A DNA stretch of 58,943 nt, filler included, from 4 parts of 4 records of this genome joined end to end with filler, not necessarily neighbours in it; one strand, 5' to 3'; positions 37,221 to 48,863 are shown, counted from the first letter of the whole stretch. Numbers and translations are program-made. The notes: generated by a model not told the origin, from the letters alone.

Positions 37221-37393
37221 AGTTCAATTCCTATAGGTTTATATACTCATATGTGTATTAGTGACTGTATGTTGGGCCGCCATGATAGAACAGTTACCAT
37301 GCGGCAATGGCTCACTCGCGAACGAGCGTGGCTTGGGCAGGCTAGTAAAGCTAGTGTTGTAGTGACCAGAATTTGAACAAAAAGTATGAGAAT

Positions 37394-39007
37394 TCAAAAA
37401 TTCTGCTCTTGCTTCTGTTTTTCTACCCTATCAAAACTGTGCTCGGAGGCAAAACGGCACCAGCTGCGATATGGTTCCGGCATTGTGCCGTGTTTTAACA
37501 AACTGCCGGATTCGATGAAGCGATAGATGTCTTCAAAGGACTTATAACTATTGCTGTCGGTGCGATGGTTGATATGCTGCGGCCGCAACAAGCCAGTGTG
37601 TTGAATGCCCATTGCTCCCAGCATTTCAGCCGTGGAAGCCATCAGCTGCCGATGGTAGCTGGTGACGCGTTTAGTCTTGTCTGCCACATCCAGACCGGCA
37701 ATCAGTGCGCGGTTCTGCGTTGCTACGCCAACCGGACAGTGATTTGTATTACACTTCATAGCCTGGATACAGCCGGTGGCCATCATCATGGCGCGTGCGG
37801 AGTTACAGGCATCTGCGCCCAGGGCCAGGCGTTTAACCAGACTGAAGCTGGAGCTGACCTTGCCGCTGGCTATCACCTTAATCAGGCCGCGCAGACCAAA
37901 ACCTTTCAGAAAATTATGGACCATCACCAGGCCCTCCACCAGGGGCGTGCCCATGTGATTCGTAAACTCCAGCGGCGCAGCACCCGTGCCACCTTCGGCG
38001 CCGTCCACAACTATGAAGTCCGGCAGAATCTCAGTTGCAAGAATCGCCTTACAGATAGCCGCAAATTCGTGCGGGTTCCCCACGCAGAGTTTAAAGCCGA
38101 CGGGTTTGCCACCCGAAAGTTCGCGCAGCCGACCAATAAACTGCATCATTTCAATTGGCGAGCTGAAGGCTGAGTGTCCCGGCGGAGAGTTAACATCCTG
38201 GCCCATCGGCACATTGCGAATTTTGGCAATTTCCTCCGTCAGCTTGGCCGCCGGCAGGATTCCACCATGTCCCGGCTTGGCGCCCTGGGAGAGTTTAAGT
38301 TCGATCATCTTAACATTGGCATGCCGCGCATTTTGCTTAAACATCTCGGGATCAAAATTCCCGTCGATCGTGCGGCATCCAAAATAGCCCGTACCAATTT
38401 GCCAGATAAGATCGGCGCCGGCATCCAGGTGATATTGACTGATTCCACCTTCGCCCGTATTCTGCGCAAACTTTCCATTTTTGGCGCCCTGCCCCATGGC
38501 CAGCACGGCACGGTTGCTGAGGGAACCAAAACTCATCGATGAAATATTGAGGATACTGGCTGAGTAGGGCTGGCTGCACTGCGGGCTGCCAATTGTTATC
38601 CGCAGCGTTTCCGGATCTACATGTGTGGGATGCAGCGAATGATTAATCCACTGGTAGCCGGACGCATATACATCTTCCATGGTTCCAAAAGCGACCGTGT
38701 CACGCACGTTTTTGGCGCGCTGATACACCACCGAACGCTCATCACGTCCAAACGGCATGCCCTCAGTATCCGACTCAATAAAATACTGGCGTATCTCCGG
38801 CCGAATTGCCTCCATCAGGTAACGCGCATGCCCCAGGATCGGAAAGTTGCGCAGCACGGCGCGTTTTGTCTGGAAAAAGTCATGCAGGCCCAGCAGAATC
38901 AGCGGGCCAAAAATCACCAGCGAATACAGCACCGGTGGATAAACAATAGCCAAACCGGCGTTCAACGCTAAAATTACGATGACGCCCACAACAAAATAGT
39001 GCCGCAT
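37394..39007 (-). CDS. Stand-alone FMN-binding glutamate synthase family protein (YerD-like)
   Basis: MSFGSLS, NTGEGG, KLSQGAKPGHGG, DGAEGGTGAAP, CIQAMKCNTNHCPVGVATQ (3Fe-4S motif); N-terminal TMs. Confidence 0.93.
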   Translation of the reverse strand: MRHYFVVGVIVILALNAGLAIVYPPVLYSLVIFGPLILLGLHDFFQTKRAVLRNFPILGHARYLMEAIRPEIRQYFIESDTEGMPFGRDERSVVYQRAKNVRDTVAFGTMEDVYASGYQWINHSLHPTHVDPETLRITIGSPQCSQPYSASILNISSMSFGSLSNRAVLAMGQGAKNGKFAQNTGEGGISQYHLDAGADLIWQIGTGYFGCRTIDGNFDPEMFKQNARHANVKMIELKLSQGAKPGHGGILPAAKLTEEIAKIRNVPMGQDVNSPPGHSAFSSPIEMMQFIGRLRELSGGKPVGFKLCVGNPHEFAAICKAILATEILPDFIVVDGAEGGTGAAPLEFTNHMGTPLVEGLVMVHNFLKGFGLRGLIKVIASGKVSSSFSLVKRLALGADACNSARAMMMATGCIQAMKCNTNHCPVGVATQNRALIAGLDVADKTKRVTSYHRQLMASTAEMLGAMGIQHTGLLRPQHINHRTDSNSYKSFEDIYRFIESGSLLKHGTMPEPYRSWCRFASEHSFDRVEKQKQEQNF

Positions 39008-39478
39008 ACTACCACTTCCTGCTCAACTGTGACTGCCCCGCACAGGCCTCAACTCCCCTTACCTGGCCGGAGGCTGAATCTACAAAGCAATTAGCACAAT
39101 TCCACTTTCGGCTACTGGAATCTTAAACGTGGGGACGGGCTTAACTATCTGCATGAGCTTCTTGTTAGTCACGGATTCGGAATCCTCAGGACTCCGAACT
39201 CGAAGTATTTTTGTCTGCAGGCGCTGCGAATTTCAGCGTCCAGCCCGCTTACAGTCCTGCATCGCGATTGCCCGTGAGCCGGTCTGGAATTACAAAATCT
39301 TGGCGCCGCCCAATTTTGACAGGATAGCGGCGGGTATACAAATCGAACAAAATTCTCTAGAATCATTGTTTGTCATGCGCTTACTTGGTACATTTGCACA
39401 ATTACTTAAATCGGTTCAATGTAATTTGGCACGCTGTTTTTGAGTGTGCCCGAAGCCCAGATTGCTTGGAAGGCGTTA

Positions 39479-40585
39479 ATGCAGACTAAGGAAACTATCC
39501 TGATCGTTGAGGACGAGGCACCACTTCGCGAACGCGTCAGCCGTATTTTGGAATTTGAGGGCTTTAGAGTCATAACAGCCGCAAACGGACGCGAAGGGCT
39601 GCAAAATGCACGCCGTGAAGTCCCCGACCTGATCGTATCCGACATCACTATGCCGGATGTTGATGGTTATTCGTTCTTCAAAGAAATTCGCAAGAATGAA
39701 TCGACCTTGACCACTCCCTTCATATTCCTCAGCGCCATGAGTGACCACTCCGACGTGCGCGCAGCTATGAATCTGGGAGCGGATGACTACCTGCTCAAGC
39801 CTTTTGACGTTGATGAACTGCTTACCGTGATTCGCATGCGTCTGGAACGGCAGAAGAAATTGATGGAAATCTCAGACACACGCCTGGATGGTTTCCGCAA
39901 GTCTCTCAATACCACAATTCCGCATGAGTTCCGCACTCCATTGACGAGTATTCTCGGATTCTCCGAGTTCATTCTGGCAGAATTTGAGACTCTGGAAGCC
40001 GAGCAGGTGCGTGAGATGGTGGCGCACATTTCCAGTGCCGGCAAACAACTGCACCGCCTGGTAGAAAACTACCTGATTTTTGTGTGGCTGCAGAACAGCG
40101 CCAAAAACGGTGTTGAAAGTGAACTGGACGAAAAATCATTTTGTCGCGCCGATCAGTGTTTCCGTGAGATAGAGCGCACTTGCCGCGAATACGGACGCAT
40201 GCAGGACGTCACTCTCGACTATGATGATGGTTTTATCGCTATCAGCGAGGGGCACGCGCAGAAGATTCTGGTTGAGTTGCTGGACAACGCCTGCCGCTTT
40301 TCTACAAACGGCACGCCGATTACAATCAACGGCAAGTGCCGCAAGGATCACTATGAAATTGTGCTTGAGGACCAGGGCCGCGGCATGACGGCGGAAGAGA
40401 TCCGCAATATTGGCGCCTACGTGCAGTTTAAGCGCAATTTTTATGAACAGCAGGGGCTTGGACTGGGCCTGACAATCGCGCGCTCATTGGCGGAAGTTTA
40501 TGAGGGCAGCCTTGAAGTCACCAGTGAAGAACCGGATGGTGGAACACGCGTGAATATTCAGATTCCCCTGCTCACCAACAACTAA
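39479..40585 (+). CDS. Hybrid response regulator-histidine kinase (REC-HisKA-HATPase)
   Basis: IVEDE, SDITMP, KPF; HEFRTPL; ELLDNA; DQGRGM; GLGLGL. Confidence 0.93.
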   Translation: MQTKETILIVEDEAPLRERVSRILEFEGFRVITAANGREGLQNARREVPDLIVSDITMPDVDGYSFFKEIRKNESTLTTPFIFLSAMSDHSDVRAAMNLGADDYLLKPFDVDELLTVIRMRLERQKKLMEISDTRLDGFRKSLNTTIPHEFRTPLTSILGFSEFILAEFETLEAEQVREMVAHISSAGKQLHRLVENYLIFVWLQNSAKNGVESELDEKSFCRADQCFREIERTCREYGRMQDVTLDYDDGFIAISEGHAQKILVELLDNACRFSTNGTPITINGKCRKDHYEIVLEDQGRGMTAEEIRNIGAYVQFKRNFYEQQGLGLGLTIARSLAEVYEGSLEVTSEEPDGGTRVNIQIPLLTNN

Positions 40586-40598
40586 CGCGAACGTTTGT

Positions 40599-41825
40599 TT
40601 AGTACAACTCAAATTTTGCCAGACGTCCATCCATCGAGCCGTTTACGAGCGGCTTTTTCCAGGTGGGGCGCAAGCCAATCGACCCGACCAGCTTACGATC
40701 ACCAACATAGATATAGGCTTCACATCCCGTGCACTTGCGTTTCAGGAAGTTGCCGACTTCGCGCAGCAATTCTTCGGCTGCATGGCGTTCGCCCAGGCGC
40801 ACGCCGTAGGGCGGATTAATCAGCAAGGTACAGTTCTCAAACCCCGGCAAGTCAAGCATGTCATGGTTTTTAACATTGATACTGTGTCCTTCCGGCAGGT
40901 TAACCAGATTCATGCGCGCCGCCGCCACAACGTCACGTTCGATATCACTTCCGGCTACGAGGTTTGCCTGTGGCACCGGAGTTATTGCGGCATCGGCTTC
41001 GGCGCGTACGCGCTTCCACAGTTCCGGTTCAAAGTCCGGCAGGCGTTCAAAGCCGAAGGTTTCGCGTTTGTAGGCAGGTGGAATCTTGCGCAATGCCATC
41101 CAGGACTCGGCCAGCAGCGTTCCGGAGCCGCACATCGGATCGTAGAGTGGCCGCTCACCTTTCCAGCCGCTCAGGCGCACAATTGCAGCTGCGAGTGTTT
41201 CCTGCAGCGGAGCATCCACACTTTCCTGCCGGTAGGCACGGCGGTGCAGCGATTCACGTGAAGTATCCAGACTAATCGTGGCGCGATTGTGATCAATATG
41301 CAGGTGAAAACGGATATCGGGATTGTGCCTGTCCACTGAGGGACGCCGTCCCGTGCGCTCACGAAAATGATCACAAATTGCATCTTTGAGGATCTGCATT
41401 GCATAACGTGAATGCTTGATTTTGCTGTGATGAACAGCGGCGTCCAGGGCAATCGTGTCATCTGGATCCATAAACTCGTGCCACTGCAGCTCACGCGCCA
41501 GTTTGTAGAGGTATTTGGTGGAATGGCACTTAAAGGAAAACAAGGGAGCCAGAACATGCGAAATCAGCCTGGCGCCATAGTTAACCGCATATAAGGCGCG
41601 ATTGTCCAGCGTGCAGTACACTCCGCGGTAGGCCACCGCACATTCGCGGGCGCCAAGCTCATTGAGTTCTTCAATGGCCAACTCTTCCATTCCGCCGGCG
41701 ACCTGTACAAAGAAGCGCCGGCCCAAAGCATATTCGTACAGGTTGCTGCCGTCCGTTAGCGCAGCCGAATCCTGTTGATCCTGGTTGTTCCGGCGCTCTT
41801 CGTACTTGCTGTTGACATTACTCAT
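40599..41825 (-). CDS. THUMP-domain SAM-dependent RNA methyltransferase (RlmL/YpsC-like)
   Basis: LHRRAYR, APLQETLAAA, DPMCGSGT, NPPYGVRL. Confidence 0.92.
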   Translation of the reverse strand: MSNVNSKYEERRNNQDQQDSAALTDGSNLYEYALGRRFFVQVAGGMEELAIEELNELGARECAVAYRGVYCTLDNRALYAVNYGARLISHVLAPLFSFKCHSTKYLYKLARELQWHEFMDPDDTIALDAAVHHSKIKHSRYAMQILKDAICDHFRERTGRRPSVDRHNPDIRFHLHIDHNRATISLDTSRESLHRRAYRQESVDAPLQETLAAAIVRLSGWKGERPLYDPMCGSGTLLAESWMALRKIPPAYKRETFGFERLPDFEPELWKRVRAEADAAITPVPQANLVAGSDIERDVVAAARMNLVNLPEGHSINVKNHDMLDLPGFENCTLLINPPYGVRLGERHAAEELLREVGNFLKRKCTGCEAYIYVGDRKLVGSIGLRPTWKKPLVNGSMDGRLAKFELY

Positions 41826-41855
41826 GTTCTGATTCCGGTTAAACGCTCGTAGAGC

Positions 41856-43310
41856 TTATTTAGGCAGATTGCCAAAGAAGTCTACCGCAAATTTTGCACG
41901 TAACTCCAGGACAAATTCGCCGGCATACTGATAAAATGTTGGATAGTGTTTATCCAGATTCATGGTCCGGTTGCTGAAGCCAATTTCAAGATGATTGCCG
42001 TTGCGCGGCATCCAACCCAGCATGTAACTTTGGAACTCATACTCTGCCGTGCCGGCGCGCTCGTGATTTAAGAAGTTCAAATCCAGCGCCGCACGCAAAT
42101 ATAAGTCGTCGTGAAAGAACCACTGCGCGTCACCTCGCAGGATGAAGGCTTCCATAGTTCCAATCGGTGAGATTTCTGTATAAACCGCCCATTGACTGAA
42201 TCCATAGTCATAAGACTGGATTGGATAGGTATTCTCGCCGGTCGTATTGTTGTAGTTTCCGCCGTCCTGCTCGCGAAAGTATATGTTAAGATCCTGATAG
42301 CCGGTATTAAAATAAAAGCCGTATCTACGCCACTCGCCGGTAAGGTTTACCTTCAGCGTTTCGGTGCTGAAGGCAAGGTCACTACCCACCACGAAGGCCA
42401 TCAGTTCCGTGGGCTGCGGAGTGTCGTTGCGACTGAAACGATGTGCCAATTGGCCATAGAAGCGCAGCGTGGAGTCGCGCTGAATGGAGGCTGAATACGA
42501 GGCGCTGTTATCAAACAAATCGCGCGCAAATGACCTGGGGGTCACCCGGTTCGTAAATGTCCTGGAGGCTGTCAGATCGATTGTCCAATCCGGATGCCAC
42601 AATTCCTGATTATCCCAGTGCAGCGAAAAGTCGTCCAGATCGTCAATGTTCAGACCAAGCTGGTTAACAAGGTCACCAATTTTGGTAAACTGGAAGCGCA
42701 ATTTGCCCCAGGACATGTAGAGTTTCATCCCCTGAACATCGATGTTTTCAATCATGAGGCCTTCATGCAGACGGTCATTGCGCCTGTCGCCAATGCTGCC
42801 ACCAAATGCAATGCGTTGGTCAAACACATGAAAGCTGGTGTCGAGCCGAATGTTGTAGCGCGGCGCCAAAAAGAGCGCGTCTCTGCTGTTGATTCCATAC
42901 GACACACCGCGGTGTTCAGCGTAGATGCCCAGATCGGCACTCAAACTGTTAAACGGCGTGATTGTTGTGCCGACTTCAAGCCAGGTAGCGCCGTGGTAAA
43001 ATGGGTTATCGGTAGCGCCATCTCCTGCCAAACCCCAGGAATTGCGTACCTCTCGGTTCTCTGGCCGGCGTATTGTAGCGTATTGTGGCAGGAAGACACT
43101 AGCCTCATTATCTACGGGACTCTGGTAGATGTGCCCACTGCGTATCTTCAGACTCCAGGTCCCTGGAGCTGATGTGCTGTCTGAACTGTTGGAGGATTGA
43201 ATTTCACCAACTAACAAGAAGGCCTTTGCAAGGAACACGCCAAAAACACAAATAGCCAGCGACAAAATCTGTCGCCGGCTGAATTGCAATCGAATCTGAT
43301 TGTGCGTCAA
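41856..43310 (-). CDS. Hypothetical exported protein, probable outer-membrane beta-barrel
   Basis: Hydrophobic N-terminus and an aromatic-rich alternating beta-strand pattern throughout. No family recognised. Confidence 0.55.
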   Translation of the reverse strand: MTHNQIRLQFSRRQILSLAICVFGVFLAKAFLLVGEIQSSNSSDSTSAPGTWSLKIRSGHIYQSPVDNEASVFLPQYATIRRPENREVRNSWGLAGDGATDNPFYHGATWLEVGTTITPFNSLSADLGIYAEHRGVSYGINSRDALFLAPRYNIRLDTSFHVFDQRIAFGGSIGDRRNDRLHEGLMIENIDVQGMKLYMSWGKLRFQFTKIGDLVNQLGLNIDDLDDFSLHWDNQELWHPDWTIDLTASRTFTNRVTPRSFARDLFDNSASYSASIQRDSTLRFYGQLAHRFSRNDTPQPTELMAFVVGSDLAFSTETLKVNLTGEWRRYGFYFNTGYQDLNIYFREQDGGNYNNTTGENTYPIQSYDYGFSQWAVYTEISPIGTMEAFILRGDAQWFFHDDLYLRAALDLNFLNHERAGTAEYEFQSYMLGWMPRNGNHLEIGFSNRTMNLDKHYPTFYQYAGEFVLELRAKFAVDFFGNLPK

Positions 43311-43320
43311 TTGATTAACC

Positions 43321-44736
43321 CTAGAATTCAGCTGATTTCGGAGTGCGCGGGAAGGGGATCACATCACGAATATTTTTCATGCCGGAAATGTACATTATCA
43401 GGCGCTCAAAGCCGAGACCGAAGCCGGCCATCGAAACGGCGCCATACTTGCGGATGTCGGTGTACCACCAGTATTCATCCTCGTCCAGACCTTTCTCGGC
43501 AATGCGTGCCTGCAGAACATCCAGGCGCTCTTCACGCTGGCTGCCACCGATGATTTCACCAACACCCGGAACCAGAAGGTCCATCGCAGCGACGGTTTTG
43601 TTGTCATCGTTGAGACGCATGTAAAATGCCTTAAAGTCCTTGGGATAGTCGGTGACAAAAACTGGCTTTTTAAACACTTCGTCGGTTAAGTAACGCTCGT
43701 GTTCGGTTTGCAGGTCACTGCCCCACTCAGGCTTAAACTCGAACTTCTTGCCGGATTTCTCCAGAAGCTCAATTGCCTCAGTGTAGGTGATGCGTTCAAA
43801 CTTGGAGTCGCGCACCAGTTCCAGACGCTCAATCAAGCCGTTTTTGTCGATGAACTTATCGAAGAATTGCATCTCTTCGGGCAGTTCCTTAAGGGCTTCA
43901 GCGATCGTGAATTTGAGCATTGCTTCGGCCAGGTCACAGTCCTGCATCAAGTCGCCAAAAGCAATTTCGGGTTCAATCATCCAGAATTCACTGGCATGCC
44001 GCGCCGTGTTCGAGTTCTCCGCGCGGAATGTGGGACCAAAGGTGTAGACTTTGCTGAATGCGGCGCAGAAGGTTTCAACCTCCAATTGTCCGGACACGGT
44101 CAGCGAAGTTTCACGTCCAAAGAAGTCTTGATTCCAATCAATGGCACCGGCCTCATCGCGTGGCGGGTTGCCCGGCTCAAATGTTGAAACGCGGAACATT
44201 TCACCAGCGCCCTCAGCATCACTGCCGGTGATGATTGGCGTTTGCACGTAGATAAATCCCTGTTCCTGAAAGAAGCGATGGATGGCATGTGCCAGGAAGG
44301 AGCGCAGGCGGAACACGGCTGAGAATGTATTCGTGCGCGAGCGCAAGTGCGCCTTAGTGCGCAGGAACTCAACGGTTGTACGTTTTTTCTGGATCGGGTT
44401 GTCTGACGCCGCTGCGTTGACTATTTCAATTGAAGTGGCTTTAATCTCAAAGGCCTGCTTGGCACCCTGGGATTCAACGACTTCGCCCTGGACAATTAAC
44501 GACGATGCAATTGTCAGCTTGCCGATCTCTTCAAAATTGGAGAGATTATTTTCAAACACGATCTGCAGATTGCGGAAGAAGGAGCCATCATTAAGTTCGA
44601 TGAATCCAAAACCCTTGGAAGAAGACCGGATGGTGCGTATCCATCCGCGTAATTCAACTGTTTTACCCACGAAGGCGGGCACGTCTCTGTAGATCTGTTT
44701 GATCGTTGCAAGCTGCATGATAAAGCCGTATGCCAT
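43321..44736 (-). CDS. asnS: Asparagine--tRNA ligase (start possibly ATG 44718)
   Basis: GWIRTIR OB fold, [55 protein letters not shown]. Confidence 0.97.
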   Translation of the reverse strand: MAYGFIMQLATIKQIYRDVPAFVGKTVELRGWIRTIRSSSKGFGFIELNDGSFFRNLQIVFENNLSNFEEIGKLTIASSLIVQGEVVESQGAKQAFEIKATSIEIVNAAASDNPIQKKRTTVEFLRTKAHLRSRTNTFSAVFRLRSFLAHAIHRFFQEQGFIYVQTPIITGSDAEGAGEMFRVSTFEPGNPPRDEAGAIDWNQDFFGRETSLTVSGQLEVETFCAAFSKVYTFGPTFRAENSNTARHASEFWMIEPEIAFGDLMQDCDLAEAMLKFTIAEALKELPEEMQFFDKFIDKNGLIERLELVRDSKFERITYTEAIELLEKSGKKFEFKPEWGSDLQTEHERYLTDEVFKKPVFVTDYPKDFKAFYMRLNDDNKTVAAMDLLVPGVGEIIGGSQREERLDVLQARIAEKGLDEDEYWWYTDIRKYGAVSMAGFGLGFERLIMYISGMKNIRDVIPFPRTPKSAEF

Positions 44737-44876
44737 TTACTAAGAAATAGGAAGAATGTGCGCGATTTTGGCACACATCGTTAATTGAGGTGCAAAATTA
44801 CGCAGAAGCGCGCAGAACAGCGGTAATAATTTTGATCCAGGTCAAATGCAGGCGCACTAAACAAGGCCGGAAAACT

Positions 44877-46235
44877 CTATTTCCAGTAGCCCTTACCCGC
44901 CAGATCTACATATCCCAGAATGGATGCCGGGTCGGTGCTGCGCCGTGAGTGGATGGTGGCCAGCCCGTTGCGGAACTCAGAAATGTAGGGGTAACGTAAC
45001 TCCAGCACGCGGTTGCCGTCACGATCGATGATACCATAGTTTGAGCCGACACGCACAATCGCAAGGTCCTGCGAGAAATTGCCAACATCGTCGTACTGTG
45101 GTTTGATTACGACTTTGCCTTTGCGGTCGATGAAGCCATATTTGCCGCCGATGTATACGGAAGCACGGTCATTGTGAAACGATCCGCCAAGTCCTTCTTC
45201 CAGACTGAAAACGACGGTACCAAGCGTATCGATATAGTCGGTGTTATCGAGGTAAACAGCTGCCAGGCCTTCACTGAATGGTTTGGCAGACATCAATACT
45301 GCCGGCACGATAATTTTGCCGGTCCGGTCTACAAAACCAAAATTGCCATTGACTTCAAAACGAGCACGGCCATCGGAGAAGTTGTCAACGCGATCGTAGA
45401 TGATGGGCACGACGATGTTGCCACGCGAATCGATGACGCCCCATTGCTCATTAAGAGCTACGCGCGCCAGGCCTTTGCGGAACATGTCGATTTTGTCATA
45501 GTCGATAGCGATGATTGGTTCGCCATCTTTATCGATGAATCCCCATTGGCTGCCGCGGCGCACCTTGGCCATGCCATTGCGGAAGAACATGCCTTCATCG
45601 TAGTCGGGCTCAATAACCATGTTACCGGCCACATCCACGTAACCAACTTCTTCGTCGCTACGGATCATGGCGCGACCATTTGAAAATGCGTCGGCAAACT
45701 GAAATTCGAGTGGTGTTGTCAGGTTGCCGTCGCTATCAATGTGTCCCCAGTAGCGTCCTTTGCGAACTGCGGCACGGTTTTCACTGAATGTACCGACATA
45801 GTCGTATTGCAGCGGGATGCTGATTTTGCCGGTGCGGTCTACAAAACCGTAGCGGCCGCGAATCGACACGGCAGCAAACTCACCGGAAAATGGCTCGGCA
45901 GTTGAAAATTTGATTTCGGTTAAAAAGTTGCCCTGCCCATCAACAAAACCCCAGCGTCCGGCACGCATTACACGCCCAATTCCATCCACAAAGGGCATGG
46001 TCAGGTCATATTGTGACTCAACTTTAACACGTTGCATTTGGTCTACATAACCCCAGAGGGAATCGCGACGGAATGGAATCAGGTCGTCATCATGGGACTG
46101 TGCTGAAGCCGTAGCGGAACTGAGAATCAGAAGACAAATAAGCGCTGAGCCGAAAATGGTCATCCCATTAGGACGCAGCGAGTATGCAGACGAGTCAGTT
46201 GTATTCAAATGTGGTTTTCCAGAGTTATTGAGCAC
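44877..46235 (-). CDS. WG-repeat (KWG) secreted protein (start possibly ATG 46163)
   Basis: Signal peptide plus about ten regular WG/YG-FID..G...I...YD....F..G.A units. Confidence 0.9.
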   Translation of the reverse strand: MLNNSGKPHLNTTDSSAYSLRPNGMTIFGSALICLLILSSATASAQSHDDDLIPFRRDSLWGYVDQMQRVKVESQYDLTMPFVDGIGRVMRAGRWGFVDGQGNFLTEIKFSTAEPFSGEFAAVSIRGRYGFVDRTGKISIPLQYDYVGTFSENRAAVRKGRYWGHIDSDGNLTTPLEFQFADAFSNGRAMIRSDEEVGYVDVAGNMVIEPDYDEGMFFRNGMAKVRRGSQWGFIDKDGEPIIAIDYDKIDMFRKGLARVALNEQWGVIDSRGNIVVPIIYDRVDNFSDGRARFEVNGNFGFVDRTGKIIVPAVLMSAKPFSEGLAAVYLDNTDYIDTLGTVVFSLEEGLGGSFHNDRASVYIGGKYGFIDRKGKVVIKPQYDDVGNFSQDLAIVRVGSNYGIIDRDGNRVLELRYPYISEFRNGLATIHSRRSTDPASILGYVDLAGKGYWK

Positions 46236-46397
46236 TATCGCTAGTTAGGCACAAATTTGGCAACAGCAAAACAACAGTTGTTTGCGCTTAGAAAGACGGA
46301 AAAGTATCTGTGTCAGAAAAAAGTCACAAACTTGTCCTAAGTATTTTCACGTAGAGAGACTAAGTCATTGCTAGCCAGAAGCTTAGGGCGGATTACT

Positions 46398-48863
46398 TCA
46401 AACGTCAGAAAATTGGTCAATATCGGATTCATCGTCTACGGCGTTGTTTTCAGTGTCAAATGAGGCCAGAGTTTCGCCCAGATCGGCTGCTTCGCTCAGT
46501 CTCAGCTGCTTGCGGATGCGCTGGTGATACATCTCGACGTTGCGTGCAGAGAGATTGACGATCCGACTGATTTCCTCGACCTTAAGGCGGACTTTGATCA
46601 GCGCGGCGATACGCAGTTCGGTGGCCGAGAGCGCCGGATAACGCTCTTTAAGTTTATTGATGAATTCGTCATTTGAGGCTGCGAAGTTTTCGGCCGGATC
46701 GGCGTCTGGTGGTTCGGCGTTCTGAATCTCCTCAAAACGTTCGGCGATCAGGTCCAGGCGGGCGCGCAGTTCGTCGTCCGGTGCTTCACTCAGTTCTTCT
46801 ATCCAGGACTGCATGGTTTGCAGGAGTTCTTTGCGTTTGAGCAGTGAGGTGACTTTGGTAAAGGTTTGTTTCTGGCGGTTATCTTCGATTTGGTCTTTGT
46901 GCTCGCTGCGCAGGGTCTTGATTTCCAGCTCTTTTTCACTCTGCTCCAGGTCATTGAGAACGCGCAGACTCTTAATTTGTTCGCGCTGCTCATGCGACCG
47001 CATTTTGCGTTCAGCCTGGTAGAAATTTTTGTGATGTTCGTAGGCTTTGGCCAGCTCACCGTTCTGCTCATAGAATTCGGAAAGCGCCTGGTGTACGCGC
47101 AGGACGGCGGCATCGCGCGCAGCTTCCGCAACTTCTCCGGCGCGCGCCAGCGCCTCATTATAACACTGCAACGCAGTCTGAATTTCCCCACTTACGTCCA
47201 GTGCCGCACCCAAGCCGAGCAGGGATTCGAGCACATCTTCCGAATCGTGTTCGTCGCCGTTGCGCTGGATTTCCAGGGCGGCGTTGAAGACTTCGATGGA
47301 TTGTTCGGGGCGGCCGGACTGTGCGAGTATGCTCCCGATTTTTGCCAGGCAGCGCGCCTCCCCGATTTTATCGCCTGCGGCGCGGCGTTCCTTGAGTGCT
47401 GCCTTGGAGTGTTCCAGGGCTTGAGGCAGCTGATCGAGCGCGCGGTAGGCCTGGGCGACGTTTTCGAGCGCAGAGGCTAAAGCATTTGAGTCGTTGAGTT
47501 CGCGGATGAATTTGAGACTTTTGGTGTGATATTCGAGCGCGGCGCGGTGATTTTCAACATCGGAGTATCCGGCACCAATTTGCATCAGCGTTTCTGCCTG
47601 GCCGCGACTCTCACCGATTTCGCGATCGACTCTCAGAGACTTGTCAAAGTAGCGGCGTGAGCGCTCGTGGTCGCCCAGGCGCGCATACAAAGTACCGATA
47701 TGGACTTGCAGGCGCGCTTCGCTGCGCCGGTCTTTGCGTTCAACGGCCAGCTTGAGCGCTTCACGCGAATATTCCATCGATCTGACGACGTCGCGGGCAT
47801 ACCAGAATAGAAAGGCCAGGTGTTTTACGGCTATGAGGATCGCATCGCGGCGGCCATTGCTGCGCGCTACCTGCAGGACCTTGTCATATGCGGCTTCTGC
47901 GGAGCTATAGTCTTCGGTGCGTTCGGCCAAAGCTCCCAGATTAAAACCAGTCGAAATCATTCCGTCGGTATCACCGAGTTCCTCAAAACTGGCATGCGCC
48001 GCTTCAAAGGTGTCGCGAGCGGAAGCGAAGCGTTTGGCGCGCAGGTAGAGCATGCCTTTGTTGTTTAACTCACGCGCTTCACCGCGATGATCAGCAACGG
48101 CACGCGAGAGTTTAGAGGCCGTGTCAAAACATTTGGCTGCACGTTTGAAGTCTTCTACATGTGTGTAGACCAGGCCGGCATTGGAAAGCACTTGTGCCTG
48201 CAGTCTTACATTCTTGTCTTCCTTGGCAAATGCCAGCGCGGCGCGGTGGAACTTCACAGCATCTTCGTATCGCTGCAGAGCCCAGAAGACGACGCCAATA
48301 TTTGTTAAGGCGCGCGCTTGCCCGCTCTTGTTGCCCGCCTCCTGAAATCCACGCGTTGCCTCTCGCAAATACTTAAGAGCCGCACTCCAGTCCCCCAGCC
48401 TGCGACAAACTTCCCCCAACTCAATTGCAACGCCTACGGCTGATTTCTCATCTTTTAAGCCTTTGAACCACACGAGTGCCTTGCGCAGTGCGGTTTCGGC
48501 ACTTTTGTATTCGCCCTGCGCAGCCAGCACAATACCTAGGGTGCATTGGCATACACCCAGACAGTGAATAAACGGATGTAATCGCTGGTCTTTTAGTACT
48601 GAACTGCTCGTGTAAGTGTCGGCACTTTGGTCTAAATCTTCCAGGCGCAAGTCAAACAGCTTCTGTGCTCGCTGCAGTGCTTGTTTGCTGGATGCAATTG
48701 CGTCTTCAGGTGCCACCGGGAGTTTGCTGCGTGCGGTAAGTGAGAGGCCGATGACTTTGGCCAGCGCCGATTTGTGTTCTTCTTGCGCCGCACTTGTTGC
48801 CTCTGGCTCCAGAAGTGATTCAACTTCCTCGACGATATCAGAATCTTCTACAATGTCAGACAT
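46398..48863 (-). CDS. TPR-repeat protein with C-terminal LuxR-type HTH
   Basis: Long run of about 40-aa TPR-like units (ARALTNIGVVF, AQVLSNAGLVY, ARELNNKGMLY); C-terminal LSATELRIAALIK..EISRIVNLSARNVEMY..RIRKQL. Confidence 0.88.
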   Translation of the reverse strand: MSDIVEDSDIVEEVESLLEPEATSAAQEEHKSALAKVIGLSLTARSKLPVAPEDAIASSKQALQRAQKLFDLRLEDLDQSADTYTSSSVLKDQRLHPFIHCLGVCQCTLGIVLAAQGEYKSAETALRKALVWFKGLKDEKSAVGVAIELGEVCRRLGDWSAALKYLREATRGFQEAGNKSGQARALTNIGVVFWALQRYEDAVKFHRAALAFAKEDKNVRLQAQVLSNAGLVYTHVEDFKRAAKCFDTASKLSRAVADHRGEARELNNKGMLYLRAKRFASARDTFEAAHASFEELGDTDGMISTGFNLGALAERTEDYSSAEAAYDKVLQVARSNGRRDAILIAVKHLAFLFWYARDVVRSMEYSREALKLAVERKDRRSEARLQVHIGTLYARLGDHERSRRYFDKSLRVDREIGESRGQAETLMQIGAGYSDVENHRAALEYHTKSLKFIRELNDSNALASALENVAQAYRALDQLPQALEHSKAALKERRAAGDKIGEARCLAKIGSILAQSGRPEQSIEVFNAALEIQRNGDEHDSEDVLESLLGLGAALDVSGEIQTALQCYNEALARAGEVAEAARDAAVLRVHQALSEFYEQNGELAKAYEHHKNFYQAERKMRSHEQREQIKSLRVLNDLEQSEKELEIKTLRSEHKDQIEDNRQKQTFTKVTSLLKRKELLQTMQSWIEELSEAPDDELRARLDLIAERFEEIQNAEPPDADPAENFAASNDEFINKLKERYPALSATELRIAALIKVRLKVEEISRIVNLSARNVEMYHQRIRKQLRLSEAADLGETLASFDTENNAVDDESDIDQFSDV

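Noticed and set aside
39426..39443. Sigma-54 promoter before the hybrid REC-kinase (TTGGCACGCTGTTTTTGA)
   Set aside because: The -24 box is good but there is no G at the required -12 spacing, and no dyad enhancer was recognised.
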